Part shown: positions 26,657 to 37,522 of the stretch, in pieces | How positions within the stretch are numbered: position 1 is the stretch's first letter | Layout of the letters: each line of letters begins with the position of its first letter | IMG/VR virus record: IMGVR_UViG_3300027977_000008 | Location: 64,001 to 128,000 of that record | From: a virus | Direction: 5' to 3' (one strand) | DNA length: 64,000 nucleotides | The notes under the pieces: generated by a model | Databases searched by the model: none | The model's input: only the letters and a program-made list of their open reading frames with translations | What the model was told of the DNA's origin: nothing | Translations under genes and position numbers: made by a program

Positions 26657-27588
26657 TGTTTTTAGTTACTGGCGGCGCAGGTTTTATCGGCAGTAACTTC
26701 CTTCACTATATGAAGGAAGTTACGAATGAAAAAGTTATTGTGCTGGACAACTTAACTTACGCTGCGGATCTTCGGTTTATTCCTGAAGATCCGCAGTTTG
26801 AGTTTGTTTGGTGCGATATCACAAATGAAAATCATGTAAATTATATCTTCAAAAAATATAAACCACGCAAAGTTTTTCACTTTGCTGCAGAAAGTCATGT
26901 TGATAATTCAATCAGAAACTATAGACCATTTTTAGAAACAAATGTAATTGGAACAGTCAATCTTTTAAATGCAAGTTTAACAATTGATATACAGAAGTTT
27001 CATCATATTTCCACAGATGAAGTCTATGGATCATTAGAATACGAAGATACAGAATTATTCACAGAAGAAACTCCTTATGATCCCAGGAATCCATACAGTG
27101 CCAGTAAAGCAGCTTCCGATCATTATGTCAGAACATGGCACAACACTTACGGATTACCTTATCTCATTACTAACTGTAGCAATAATTATGGTCCTCATCA
27201 GCACATTGAAAAACTTATTCCAAAGGTAATTTTCAATACACTAAAGGATGAAGTGACTTATATGTATGGTGGTGGGCAACAGATTAGAGACTGGTTATAT
27301 GTTTACGATCATTGCCGCGCTATTTGGATGCTTGAAGATCAGCGTGTTATGAATGATCGTTTTAATATTGGTGGGGACTGTGAATTAAAAAACATTGATG
27401 TTACCAAAAAGATTTTAAAAATTCTTGGTAAACCAGAAAATTTAATTAAAGTATCTCAAGATCGTCCTGGACAAGATAAACGTTATGGTATGAGTTTTGA
27501 AAAACTTACACAACACACTGGTTGGATCCCACATTTTGATTTTGATCAAGCACTTAAAATGACTGTTGATTGGTATTTGAAACAATGA
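26656..27588 (+). CDS. rfbB: dTDP-glucose 4,6-dehydratase
   Basis: LVTGGAGFIGSNF; HFAAESHVD; HISTDEVYG; PYSASKA; NCSNNYGP. Confidence 0.93.
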   Translation: MFLVTGGAGFIGSNFLHYMKEVTNEKVIVLDNLTYAADLRFIPEDPQFEFVWCDITNENHVNYIFKKYKPRKVFHFAAESHVDNSIRNYRPFLETNVIGTVNLLNASLTIDIQKFHHISTDEVYGSLEYEDTELFTEETPYDPRNPYSASKAASDHYVRTWHNTYGLPYLITNCSNNYGPHQHIEKLIPKVIFNTLKDEVTYMYGGGQQIRDWLYVYDHCRAIWMLEDQRVMNDRFNIGGDCELKNIDVTKKILKILGKPENLIKVSQDRPGQDKRYGMSFEKLTQHTGWIPHFDFDQALKMTVDWYLKQ

Positions 27589-28400
27589 TTTCTCTATACG
27601 GTGGTACTGGGTTTGTAGGTGGTAATTTTAAAAAAATGTATGATGGTTGCATAGAAATGCAACGTGATGAACGCAAACCCAAGACAAAGAATATTTTATA
27701 TTTTATCTCCACAGTTGACAATTATAATGTTCATGATAGAATTACTCTAGACGTAGATACTAATTTAAAAGTTCTATGTGAAGTATTAGATCATTGTAGA
27801 TCTGAAGACATTACTTTCAATTTTATTAGTTCTTGGTTTGTGTATGGTAAAACACCATATATTCCAGCAAAAGAAGATGCACGTTGTGAACCAACAGGAT
27901 TTTATTCCATTACTAAACGCTGTGCAGAACAACTAATCATGTCGTTCGCAGAGACATACGGAATAAAATATCGCATTCTTCGCCTTTGTAATGTTCTTGG
28001 TGTTGGGGATCAAAAAGCATCTAGAAAAAAGAATGCTATTACTTGGTTGATTGATGAACTCAAACTTCATCATGACATCAAACTTTATAATCACGGATCA
28101 CATTGTCGTGATATTATGCACGTTCAAGATGTTTGTCGTGCAATTAAACTTGTAATTGATGGTGGTAATTTAAACGAAATCTATAATATTGGATCTGGTA
28201 AACCAACATCAGTTGGTGAAATCATTCATCTTGCTAACCACTATATAAAGTCGAAAGGTAAGATTGAGAATATGGAACCGCCAGCGTTTCATAAAAATGT
28301 TCAGACAGAAAACTTCTGGATGGACACAAGGAAACTTCAAATGCTTGGGTTTGAACCAAAACTTTCATTAGAATTTATCGTCAAAGATTTATGTCTGTAA
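27585..28400 (+). CDS. NAD-dependent epimerase/reductase (extended SDR)
   Basis: GGTGFVG; FISSWFVYG; YSITK; RLCNVLG. Confidence 0.85.
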   Translation: MISLYGGTGFVGGNFKKMYDGCIEMQRDERKPKTKNILYFISTVDNYNVHDRITLDVDTNLKVLCEVLDHCRSEDITFNFISSWFVYGKTPYIPAKEDARCEPTGFYSITKRCAEQLIMSFAETYGIKYRILRLCNVLGVGDQKASRKKNAITWLIDELKLHHDIKLYNHGSHCRDIMHVQDVCRAIKLVIDGGNLNEIYNIGSGKPTSVGEIIHLANHYIKSKGKIENMEPPAFHKNVQTENFWMDTRKLQMLGFEPKLSLEFIVKDLCL

Positions 28401-29707
28401 ACGGAAAAGTAACAAATTTTATTTCGCAACTGCAACGTGAAGGTGAAAACCTTTTTCCTTATCTTGCTAATAAGAATTGGAAGAAGGGGGATCAGATTTT
28501 TTACTCTGGTCCTTACTGGGATGAACGTGAAGTTGCTGCAGCAATTACAACTCTTCTAGAAGGTAAGTGGTTGCCTGCTGGTGAAGAAGTCGATAAGTTT
28601 GAACGAGCATTTTCTAAGATGTTTGATTTCAAACATTCTTTGATGGTTAACTCAGGTTCTTCTGCAAACCTGGTGATGATCGCTGCACTAAAAAAATACT
28701 TTGACTGGCAAGATGGTGATGAGATCATCGTTTGTGCTTGTGGATTCCCAACTACAATTAATCCTATCATTCAGAATGGTTTGAAACCAATCTTTGTAGA
28801 TATTGATTACAGTGATTTGAATTGGGATCTAAAACAGATTCGTGAAAAGATTATGACTAGAACAAAAGCAGTATTCTCTTCACCTGTCTTGGGAAATCCC
28901 TACGACTTTGATAAGTTTTTTGATATTATCAAGCAGTATAATCTTCATTACATCGCTGATAACTGTGATAGTCTTGGTAGTAAGTGGAGAGGTGATCTTC
29001 TTACCAAACATGCCGTCGCAGCGTCGTGTTCGTTTTACCCAGCTCACCATATCAGCACTATCGAAGGAGGAATGGTTTCCTCTAACAATGAAGAGATTGT
29101 TCAGATTGCTAGATCTTTTGCCTGGTGGGGTCGTGGATGTTATTGTGTAGGATCCCAAAATAAACTGCCTAACGGTGTTTGTGGTAATCGCTTCGACCGC
29201 TGGTTAGAAGGGTACGATAAGGATATTGATCATAAGTATGTCTTTGGCGTTCAAGGATACAACCTCAAACCTGCAGACTTGCAAGGGTCTATTGGTCTTG
29301 TGCAGTTGGAAAAACAAATAGATATCCATGATATTCGTCGTATCAACAAATCTCGACTTCATGAGATCTTCTCTAAGATCCCTGGTGTAAGAGTTATTGA
29401 AGAAAAAGAACATGCCGAAACCTCCTGGTTTGGAGTTCCTATTGTATATGATGACGGTAAACCACAACTTGTTAAATATTTGGAGGGTTGTGGTATTCAA
29501 ACAAGAAATTATTTTGCTGGTAATATTCTTGCACATCCTGGATATCGTCACATCGAACCAGCATCAAACTATCCTAACGCATCTAAAGTGTTAGATAATG
29601 TATTTTTCCTTGGATGTAGTCCAGTTATTACCAGTGAAATGATCGACTACATAGAAGAGGTTGTCCAAAACTATACAAAAGAAACTTTATTCTATCATTC
29701 AGTATGA
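28391..29707 (+). CDS. rfbH: NDP-4-keto-6-deoxyglucose 3-dehydratase (RfbH/DdhC, E1)
   Basis: NSGSSANL; DNCDSLG; SFYPAHHI (His replaces the Schiff-base Lys); WGRGCYC...CG.RF Fe-S motif. Confidence 0.85.
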   Translation: MSVNGKVTNFISQLQREGENLFPYLANKNWKKGDQIFYSGPYWDEREVAAAITTLLEGKWLPAGEEVDKFERAFSKMFDFKHSLMVNSGSSANLVMIAALKKYFDWQDGDEIIVCACGFPTTINPIIQNGLKPIFVDIDYSDLNWDLKQIREKIMTRTKAVFSSPVLGNPYDFDKFFDIIKQYNLHYIADNCDSLGSKWRGDLLTKHAVAASCSFYPAHHISTIEGGMVSSNNEEIVQIARSFAWWGRGCYCVGSQNKLPNGVCGNRFDRWLEGYDKDIDHKYVFGVQGYNLKPADLQGSIGLVQLEKQIDIHDIRRINKSRLHEIFSKIPGVRVIEEKEHAETSWFGVPIVYDDGKPQLVKYLEGCGIQTRNYFAGNILAHPGYRHIEPASNYPNASKVLDNVFFLGCSPVITSEMIDYIEEVVQNYTKETLFYHSV

Positions 29708-30765
29708 CTCAATATATTAAAAAAGCACTAGTTCTTGGTGCAGGTGGCTTTATTGGAAGTCATATGGTTAAAAGACTACGATCCGAAGGATATTGGGTTC
29801 GTGGTGTAGATCTAAAGAACCCTGAGTATTCTCCTACTGAAGCACATGAATTTGTTCATGGGGATCTTCGTGATGTAGATTTTGTTCGTCGTGTTCTGGA
29901 ATATAAAGGTGATAGAGGAAACTTCTATCAGTCAGTTCCCTATCGTTATATTCAGGCATTTGATGAGATCTATCAGTTTGCTGCTGATATGGGAGGCGCA
30001 GGATTTGTTTTCACTGGTGAAAATGATGCAAACATTATGCATAATTCTGTAACAATTAACTTAAACGTTCTTGAGATGCAGCATCAAATGAATGAAAGAC
30101 TTGGTATTAATAAGACCAAGATCTTTTATTCTGGTTCTGCATGTATGTACCCAGAGCATAATCAACTTGATCCTGACAATCCTGACTGCCGTGAAGAATC
30201 CGCTTATCCTGCTGCACCAGATTCTGAATATGGTTGGGAGAAACTTTTTTCGGAACGTCTTTACTTTGCGTACCATAGGAATCATGGCATACCTGTTAGG
30301 GTATCTCGTTATCATAATATATTTGGTCCAGAGGGAACCTGGGAAGGTGGACGTGAAAAAGCACCAGCAGCAATCTGTCGTAAGGTAGCATATCTTCCTG
30401 CAGAAGGTGGAACTATTGATGTATGGGGAGATGGTGAACAAACTCGTTCATTCCTTTATATCGATGAATGTATTGAGGCAACTCGTCGCATGATGGATTC
30501 GGATTTTATTGGACCAGTAAATATTGGTTCTGAAGAAATGGTAACTATCAATCAGTTGGTAGATACTGCTGCCAAAATTGCTAATAAACAAGTAGAAAAA
30601 AATCATATTGATGGTCCTCTTGGTGTTCGTGGACGTAATTCTAACAACGATCTTGTCCGTGAGAAACTTGGTTGGGAGTATTCTATGACATTGGAAGATG
30701 GAATTTTAAAAACTTATAAATGGATTACTAATCAAATTTTAAAAAAAATTTATAGTGTTGACTGA
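29704..30765 (+). CDS. GDP-mannose 3,5-epimerase-like SDR
   Basis: GAGGFIGSH; FAADMGGAGF; SACMYP; YGWEK; REKAPAAICRKV; GPLGVRGRNS. Confidence 0.88.
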   Translation: MTQYIKKALVLGAGGFIGSHMVKRLRSEGYWVRGVDLKNPEYSPTEAHEFVHGDLRDVDFVRRVLEYKGDRGNFYQSVPYRYIQAFDEIYQFAADMGGAGFVFTGENDANIMHNSVTINLNVLEMQHQMNERLGINKTKIFYSGSACMYPEHNQLDPDNPDCREESAYPAAPDSEYGWEKLFSERLYFAYHRNHGIPVRVSRYHNIFGPEGTWEGGREKAPAAICRKVAYLPAEGGTIDVWGDGEQTRSFLYIDECIEATRRMMDSDFIGPVNIGSEEMVTINQLVDTAAKIANKQVEKNHIDGPLGVRGRNSNNDLVREKLGWEYSMTLEDGILKTYKWITNQILKKIYSVD

Positions 30766-31424
30766 TGAATACAAATTACAATGTGGATTGTGATATCCTA
30801 ATTAACAACTTCCCTGGGGTTGAAAAAATTAAAAGAAATTTTTCTCAAGCATATCAAGATTTATTTGTTTTGACTATGCTTCAAGGAAAACGTAGTGGTA
30901 AGTATCTTGAAGTTGGTGCTAATCATCCAGTAGAATTTAATAATACTTTTCTTTTAGAAGATATGTTTATGTGGAAAGGAATTTCTGTTGAAATCAACAA
31001 AGAAATGGTTGAACTATTCAATACCATTCGTCATAACAAATGTGAATATGCAGATGGTACTGTCTTTGAGTTTTTAAAGAAACTGGATGGTCGTAGGTGG
31101 AAAGATAAAACGATTGATTATCTTTCACTTGACTGTGAACCTGCGATGACAACTTATAAAATTCTTACTAGAATTCCTTTTGATGAATATAAAGTTTCTG
31201 TCATTACATACGAAACAGATGTCTATAAAGATGGTCCTCAAGCAAGAGAACTATCAAGAGAATTTTTGAAATCTAAAGGATTTGAATTGGTTGCTGCTGA
31301 TGTTTGTAATGGTGACAATCCTTATGAAGATTGGTATGTAGATCCAACAGTCATTCCAGAAACAATCTGGGGACCATTTATTTCTAAAGGTGCTGAAGCA
31401 AGAAATTTGTTTGTATGTCAGTAA
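30765..31424 (+). CDS. FkbM-like SAM methyltransferase
   Basis: SQAYQDLFV...YLEVGA...NNTFLLE...WKGISVE...IDYLSLDCE. Confidence 0.75.
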   Translation: MNTNYNVDCDILINNFPGVEKIKRNFSQAYQDLFVLTMLQGKRSGKYLEVGANHPVEFNNTFLLEDMFMWKGISVEINKEMVELFNTIRHNKCEYADGTVFEFLKKLDGRRWKDKTIDYLSLDCEPAMTTYKILTRIPFDEYKVSVITYETDVYKDGPQARELSREFLKSKGFELVAADVCNGDNPYEDWYVDPTVIPETIWGPFISKGAEARNLFVCQ

Positions 31425-32194
31425 AAATTTCACATTGGTATGGAAGACTTGGTAATAACATTCAGCAGTGTGCTGTTGGATGTATGGTTGCTGAAGTATT
31501 GATGACACAATTTGAAAGTATTGATCATGAAATTATCTCAAAATATCAAACTTCATTTGGATATGGCACTCAAGAACTATCATCAAAGTTCTTCTACTGG
31601 GAAGGTATATATAAAGAAGTTGATCTTCCTAGGGATCATATCTATCGCAACATGCGTAGGATTTGTAAAGAATACATTGCACCACATCTAAAATTGCCAC
31701 CCAAGAAAATTATATCTGACGATACTGTTGTTATTCACCTTAGGAGTGGAGATATTTTTGACCAAGTTCATCCTAACGGTCATCAGTATACTCCTAATCC
31801 TCTTGATTTTTACAACAAATTACTTTCTAATTTTGAAAAAGCGATTGTTGTTACCGAACCCGATAAAAACAATCCCATTGTTGAAGTTCTTAGACAAAAT
31901 CCAAAAGTAACTATTCAATCTTCTTCTGTTGCTGAAGATTTTGTAACCCTAATGTCAGCAAAAAATTTAGCAAATTCTGGTGTGGGAACATTTTGTGTAG
32001 CTGCTGCACTGTGTAGTGATAAAGTTCAAAATTTTTACTGTACAGATTTAATGTTGACAGAGCATCTAAATTATAGTATGCTTGTGGGTACAGATATTAA
32101 AGTCTGTCAAGTGAAATTAAATGAATATCTTCAAGTTGGTGAGTGGACAAATGTGGAAGATCAACGCAAGTTTATTCTTGAATATGTTTTATGA
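31415..32194 (+). CDS. GT11-like glycosyltransferase
   Basis: GRLGNNIQQ; VIHLRSGD; SGVGTF. Confidence 0.65.
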   Translation: MSVKISHWYGRLGNNIQQCAVGCMVAEVLMTQFESIDHEIISKYQTSFGYGTQELSSKFFYWEGIYKEVDLPRDHIYRNMRRICKEYIAPHLKLPPKKIISDDTVVIHLRSGDIFDQVHPNGHQYTPNPLDFYNKLLSNFEKAIVVTEPDKNNPIVEVLRQNPKVTIQSSSVAEDFVTLMSAKNLANSGVGTFCVAAALCSDKVQNFYCTDLMLTEHLNYSMLVGTDIKVCQVKLNEYLQVGEWTNVEDQRKFILEYVL

Positions 32195-33030
32195 AAATTT
32201 TTGATACATTTACTTTTTATAATGAACTTGATCTGCTAGAACTTAGGATGAATATCCTAGGGGATGTAGTGGATTATTTTGTTATCAATGAAGCTACGAT
32301 TACATTTACTGGAAAGGAAAAGCCATTATACTTTGCAGAGAATAAAGATCGTTTTAAAAAGTGGAAAGATAAAATTATCCACTATGTTACAGTTGATGAT
32401 AATAAAACCTTAGAAAAGTATTGGAAAGATATTCCATATCATCGCAACATGATGGAAGATGATATATACAAACTTCCATTGCATTATCAACGTGCTTGCT
32501 TTCATAAAGATAGTGCAATTTATGCTCTGTTAGATCATGCACAAGACGATGATATTATTTTGTCAAGTGATGCTGATGAGATTGCTAATCCAGAAGTAAT
32601 CAAAGCAATTGATGAATGGTTTAAACCAAGTAATCACTATGTTCTCAAGGGTCCAGTTTATTATTATTATCTAAATCTTCTATGTGAGAAAGAGTGGATG
32701 GGGACAAGAGTTTCTACCATGAAGATGCTAAAAACTATGAGTGTAGATAAACTCAGACAGTCACATCAAGATGCATGGAAAGTTGAAGATGGATCTTGGC
32801 ATTGGAGTTTCTTTGGTGATGCTGATACTGTTCGTGCAAAAATGGATGCATATGAACACCAGGAAAACAATCTTCCACAATTTAGAAATACTATGGAAGA
32901 ACGTATTGAAAAAGGTATGGATCCTTTTGGTAGAGATTATCTTTACACTCCACAAGTTGTTCCTATTGATGATACCTTTCCCGAATATATTATTAAAAAT
33001 TCAAGTAAGTTTGCAAAGTTTATCAAGTGA
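32191..33030 (+). CDS. GT17 (beta-1,4-GlcNAc-transferase-like)
   Basis: DTFTFYNELDLLELR...TFTGKEKP...SDADEI...WHWSF. Confidence 0.85.
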   Translation: MKIFDTFTFYNELDLLELRMNILGDVVDYFVINEATITFTGKEKPLYFAENKDRFKKWKDKIIHYVTVDDNKTLEKYWKDIPYHRNMMEDDIYKLPLHYQRACFHKDSAIYALLDHAQDDDIILSSDADEIANPEVIKAIDEWFKPSNHYVLKGPVYYYYLNLLCEKEWMGTRVSTMKMLKTMSVDKLRQSHQDAWKVEDGSWHWSFFGDADTVRAKMDAYEHQENNLPQFRNTMEERIEKGMDPFGRDYLYTPQVVPIDDTFPEYIIKNSSKFAKFIK

Positions 33031-33947
33031 ATATTATTGAAGGCGTAGCAGTTTCTAATCACTGTGATTATTCTTTTGGTGATCAGTCTGGATGCATTGG
33101 ACGTGTACCCGGATCGTTCATGAAACAAGCAGATCCATCTAACTCAGAATTCTCTGAACTTGTAAAGGGAAAAGAATGGATGACAATTTTTATTGATAAC
33201 ATTCGCCTTTATAATCGACAGATCAAATGCACCAATGACGAAGATCAGAAGTGGGTTGATACTTTGCTTGAGACAAATAATATATTGGAGACATGTGCAT
33301 CATTTCCAGAGACAAAATTTATCATCTTTACTAATCTAGAAGATACTCCTATCAACGATGATATTCATGATTTAATTCCTGATAACGTAAAGTCAATTTA
33401 TGGTGTTAATGCTATTGGATTTGGTGGTAAAGTTCACCCATTTCCATATGGTGTTCAACGTATTATTCATTCCTCTGATAATCGAATTGCTATCTTACAC
33501 AATGCAATACAGCAAGATGTAACTCCAACAAAACTTCTTTACATCAACCATGCTGAGCACACAAATATTAGTGAGCGTGGTAATATTCGAGAAAAATTTG
33601 CAAAATTAAAGTATGCTACTGTCGATAATCGAATATCCTATGATATCTACTGCAGACAAATTCAAAACCATAAATTCATGATTTGTCCCCAGGGTAATGG
33701 TGTTGACTGCCATAGAAACTGGGAAGTTCTTTACCTCAAAAGAGTTCCTATCATGAAAAGAACTCCATACTTACAAGAACTATACAAAGAATATCCTGTG
33801 CTTTGGGTAGATGATTATGCAGAAGTGACCAAGACACTTCTTACAAACAACGAAGATCTTTATGATCGGTCTAGACATTTAGACAACAATCTGCTAGACT
33901 TATATTCAGTATTCAATCGAGATGTGAAACGTGCTAAAAATTCCTGA
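33027..33947 (+). CDS. Exostosin/GT47-like glycosyltransferase
   Basis: KFMICPQGNGVDCHRNWEVLYLKRVPI. Confidence 0.7.
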   Translation: MNIIEGVAVSNHCDYSFGDQSGCIGRVPGSFMKQADPSNSEFSELVKGKEWMTIFIDNIRLYNRQIKCTNDEDQKWVDTLLETNNILETCASFPETKFIIFTNLEDTPINDDIHDLIPDNVKSIYGVNAIGFGGKVHPFPYGVQRIIHSSDNRIAILHNAIQQDVTPTKLLYINHAEHTNISERGNIREKFAKLKYATVDNRISYDIYCRQIQNHKFMICPQGNGVDCHRNWEVLYLKRVPIMKRTPYLQELYKEYPVLWVDDYAEVTKTLLTNNEDLYDRSRHLDNNLLDLYSVFNRDVKRAKNS

Positions 33948-34599
33948 TGTAACATTATTGATGTTGGCAGATATTGATATACCGGATGCGGTATATGCTG
34001 TTAATAAATCTTGTGAAGAGATTGAATGGGGTGCTGTAAAGTTTCTTGGTAGTAATGGTAAACCAGAAGGACTTTGTGATCAAGCAACTTTTGAGTTGAC
34101 ATATCCAATCCAAAGCATTAACGATTTCAACTTCTATTGCATTTATAATCTTGGTAAACATGTAGAAACATCTCATGTATTGTTGATCCATCCTGATGGA
34201 TATGTTATTCGCCCTTGGTTGTGGGATAACGACTGGCTTCAATATGATTATATTGGAGCCCCATGGAGAGATGATCCTACAGCATACTTAGATCCTTGGG
34301 GTAAAAATCATCGTGTAGGTAATGGTGGATTTTCATTGAGGAGTAAGAAATTATTGGATCTTCCAAGCATAGTAGAAGTGCCTTGGGAAGTAAATGCTAG
34401 TAATTTTTATCACCACATGAATGCTGGGCTATATAATGAAGACGGCAACATTTGTGTTCATAACAGACACATTTTTGAAGAAAACGGATATAAATTCGCA
34501 CCCGTAGAAGTTGCATCTAAATTCTCCAGAGAAGAAACTTTGCCTGATAGCGAAGAGGAAACCTTTGGATTTCATTATCATTTTCAAGAGATCAGATGA
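33931..34599 (+). CDS. DUF5672-like glycan-associated protein
   Basis: HPDGYVI...YDYIGAPW...VGNGGFSLRSK...NED...FGFH. Confidence 0.75.
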   Translation: MLKIPDVTLLMLADIDIPDAVYAVNKSCEEIEWGAVKFLGSNGKPEGLCDQATFELTYPIQSINDFNFYCIYNLGKHVETSHVLLIHPDGYVIRPWLWDNDWLQYDYIGAPWRDDPTAYLDPWGKNHRVGNGGFSLRSKKLLDLPSIVEVPWEVNASNFYHHMNAGLYNEDGNICVHNRHIFEENGYKFAPVEVASKFSREETLPDSEEETFGFHYHFQEIR

Positions 34600-35405
34600 A
34601 GGCAAACATATTTCCATTATGGTGGAACCCTTGGGGTGAAAATGGACTTGATCTAGGAAATACTGTAGTTAGTATTTCGATTGATAACTTATCTTTTAAT
34701 CCAGACGCAGACTACAGAATTCTATTTCTTGCAGAACCTTATGCTATTGCACCGACTGTCAATGAAGGTGCTCTAAAAAACGCTCATGCGTTTGATAAGA
34801 TATATACGTTTGGACAAGCAATCTTAGATAATTATAAGACTGCAGAACTTTTCCCTTGGGGGTCTTCTTGGTTAGATTTTAAAGATCTTAAAGTCAATAA
34901 GAAACCACATATTACTTTTGTTACTAGTAGTAAAAGTCAAGCACCAGGACATGGACTAAGGTTAGCAATTCATGCTACACTTGCTAGACTAGATGAAGTC
35001 AATAGACTGGAAATCTATCAACACAAATCACCACCGTTCCACGAAAGGCGGAATGATTTTTTTGAAACTGCAATGTTCCATATTGCAGCAGAAAATTCTC
35101 AGCAAAAAAATTATTTTACTGAAAAAATTATTGATTGTTTTGCAAGTAAAACTATTCCCATTTATTATGGATGTCCAAACATCGGTGACTGGTTCAACAT
35201 GGATGGCATCATTACCTTCAATGATATTAAGGATTTAGAAAATATCTTTGACTATATTGATGAAAACTACTATAATAGTAGGCAGTCAGCTATTGAAGAG
35301 AACTATGAGATTGCTAAACATTTTCATAGTGACAACGATGTTGTTCCCAGATTAACCAGACAAATTATTCAGGACGTGAAAAACAATGCCACTCAACGGA
35401 TCTAA
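34596..35405 (+). CDS. GT10 (alpha-1,3-fucosyltransferase-like)
   Basis: FHIAAENSQQKNYFTEKIIDCF...PIYYG. Confidence 0.8.
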   Translation: MKANIFPLWWNPWGENGLDLGNTVVSISIDNLSFNPDADYRILFLAEPYAIAPTVNEGALKNAHAFDKIYTFGQAILDNYKTAELFPWGSSWLDFKDLKVNKKPHITFVTSSKSQAPGHGLRLAIHATLARLDEVNRLEIYQHKSPPFHERRNDFFETAMFHIAAENSQQKNYFTEKIIDCFASKTIPIYYGCPNIGDWFNMDGIITFNDIKDLENIFDYIDENYYNSRQSAIEENYEIAKHFHSDNDVVPRLTRQIIQDVKNNATQRI

Positions 35406-36063
35406 TCAAACCAATTATATTCAAAAAGACTACAATTTTCTTCGGGTTAGACCTGAGGGGATGAAAGAATTAAAGAAAAACCATTCTCAAGTATGGCAAG
35501 ATATTTTTGCTTTGGTTGTCAACGATGCCAAACAAAATGGAACATTCATTGAGATTGGTGGAGCACAACCTTGTATTGGTAATAATACATGGTTGCTTGA
35601 AGAACAATATGGATGGAAAGGATTTTCTATTGAATTAGAAAAAGATCTCTGTGATATGTGGACACCTGGATTGAGACCTAATACACAACTTTTTTGTACA
35701 GATGCATTGGAGTTTGATTACGTTGGAACAGTAGATACTCTTGGTCTACCACGTCATATGGATTATCTTTCATTTGATCTTGAACCACCTGCGATCACAT
35801 TAGAAGCACTGAAGAAGTTCCCTTTAGATAAGTTATCGTTCAATGCAGTTACTTATGAACATGACGCCTATCGTGGATGGGGAGATATCTATGCTCATCG
35901 AGAAATTTTTGTCCAGCACGGTTACGATCTTGTAGGAGAAAATTTACGTAACAATTCATGTACTATGGAAGAGTGGTTTATTCATGAAAGTGTAGACAAG
36001 GAAGTTCGTGATGTATTGCGTCATGGTAACTGTGAAGCATATCAACTTCTTCTAGATCTATGA
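35386..36063 (+). CDS. FkbM-like SAM methyltransferase (paralog of 30765)
   Basis: SQVWQDIF...FIEIGG...NNTWLLE..GWKGFSIE...DYLSFDLE...YEHD. Confidence 0.75.
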   Translation: MPLNGSNQTNYIQKDYNFLRVRPEGMKELKKNHSQVWQDIFALVVNDAKQNGTFIEIGGAQPCIGNNTWLLEEQYGWKGFSIELEKDLCDMWTPGLRPNTQLFCTDALEFDYVGTVDTLGLPRHMDYLSFDLEPPAITLEALKKFPLDKLSFNAVTYEHDAYRGWGDIYAHREIFVQHGYDLVGENLRNNSCTMEEWFIHESVDKEVRDVLRHGNCEAYQLLLDL

Positions 36064-36743
36064 GAGTAAGTTTTTGTATTCCGTGCTATGAAAGTCATGG
36101 TAGATCCAAACAGTATTTGTTTGAAATTTTTCATGCACTAACTCAACAAACATGTAAAGATTTCAATGTATGGATTTCAGATCATAGTCAAAATGATGAC
36201 GTTTTAGAAGCATGTCATGAGTATGCTGATTTATTTGAAATCAATTATGTAAAAAATAATAATTCCTTAGGAAATATGTCTGCTAATACCAATTGTGTTT
36301 TAGGACATGCTGATGGGGAAATTTTAAAAATCATGTTCCAAGATGATTTTATTTTAACTAAAACTTTAGTAGAAGAGCTTGACAAAGTATTTCATAATGA
36401 TGTATTATGGGCAGTAACTGGGTTTGCACATACTATTGATAATGGGCATACACATTACAATCCAAAACTACCCCAATATAATGATCGTCTTTTAGAAGGA
36501 GTAAATACATTGAGTTCTCCTTCTATTCTTGCTATAAGAAATGGTCTCAATGAGTTTTTTGATGAAAAACTTACCATGCTTATGGATTGTGATATGTACT
36601 ATCGTCTCTATAAATATCACGGTGAACCTGCAGTTTTAACTGATTATCACATTTCTAATAGAGAACATAAAAACCAAACACAACGTTCTCACGAACATCT
36701 TTTACCATCTGAAATTAAGTATTTGAAGGAGAAGTATAAATGA
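36060..36743 (+). CDS. GT2 glycosyltransferase
   Basis: VSFCIPCYE...ISDHS...MFQDD. Confidence 0.8.
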   Translation: MRVSFCIPCYESHGRSKQYLFEIFHALTQQTCKDFNVWISDHSQNDDVLEACHEYADLFEINYVKNNNSLGNMSANTNCVLGHADGEILKIMFQDDFILTKTLVEELDKVFHNDVLWAVTGFAHTIDNGHTHYNPKLPQYNDRLLEGVNTLSSPSILAIRNGLNEFFDEKLTMLMDCDMYYRLYKYHGEPAVLTDYHISNREHKNQTQRSHEHLLPSEIKYLKEKYK

Positions 36744-37522
36744 TAGGTTTCAATCATCTAGGTCGTCATGGTCGCCTAGGCAATCAAATGTTCCAGTATG
36801 CTGGACTTCGTGGTATTGCTGCACATCGTGGATTTGATTTTGCTATTCCCCCCAGTGATTTCAAAGATCCTTGGACAGACCATCAACTATTTGAAGCATT
36901 CAAATTGGTTGGTCTAACAAATATTTCGGTTATTCCTGGACCATATGTTCAGGAAGCATCGTTTAAGTTTGATGAAAACCTATTCCTCAATATGCCGGAT
37001 GGACATAATGTATATGGATATCTTCAGACAACAAAATATTTTTCGAATATTGAAAAAGAAATTCGTGAAGATTTTCAATTCAAAAATGATATCTACGGAC
37101 CATGTAAAGAACTAATTGATAGTGTTAATGCTCCTATCGCATTACATGTTCGTCGTGGAGATTATCTTGTAAACTCAGATAATCATCCTCCATGCCCAAA
37201 AGAATATTATGATGAAGCATTATTGAAATTTGATCCTTCTCGTAATGTTATTGTTTTTTCTGACGATCCTGAATGGTGTGGGACTGTATTTACTGATGAC
37301 AGGTTCCTTATCTCTGAAGGTGGGGATAACTTAGCAGATTTGTGTATGATGACACTATGCACAGACTTTATTATTGCAAACTCATCATTCTCTTGGTGGG
37401 GATCGTGGTTATGTGAAAATAAAGATAAACGTATTATTACACCTAAGAAATGGTTTGGAACTGGTTATACTGCAGCACACGACACATCTGATTTATATTG
37501 TTTAAATTGGGAAATAATTTAA
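36740..37522 (+). CDS. GT11 alpha-1,2-fucosyltransferase
   Basis: GRLGNQMFQYA; HVRRGDY; FSDD; IANSSFSWWG. Confidence 0.9.
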   Translation: MIGFNHLGRHGRLGNQMFQYAGLRGIAAHRGFDFAIPPSDFKDPWTDHQLFEAFKLVGLTNISVIPGPYVQEASFKFDENLFLNMPDGHNVYGYLQTTKYFSNIEKEIREDFQFKNDIYGPCKELIDSVNAPIALHVRRGDYLVNSDNHPPCPKEYYDEALLKFDPSRNVIVFSDDPEWCGTVFTDDRFLISEGGDNLADLCMMTLCTDFIIANSSFSWWGSWLCENKDKRIITPKKWFGTGYTAAHDTSDLYCLNWEII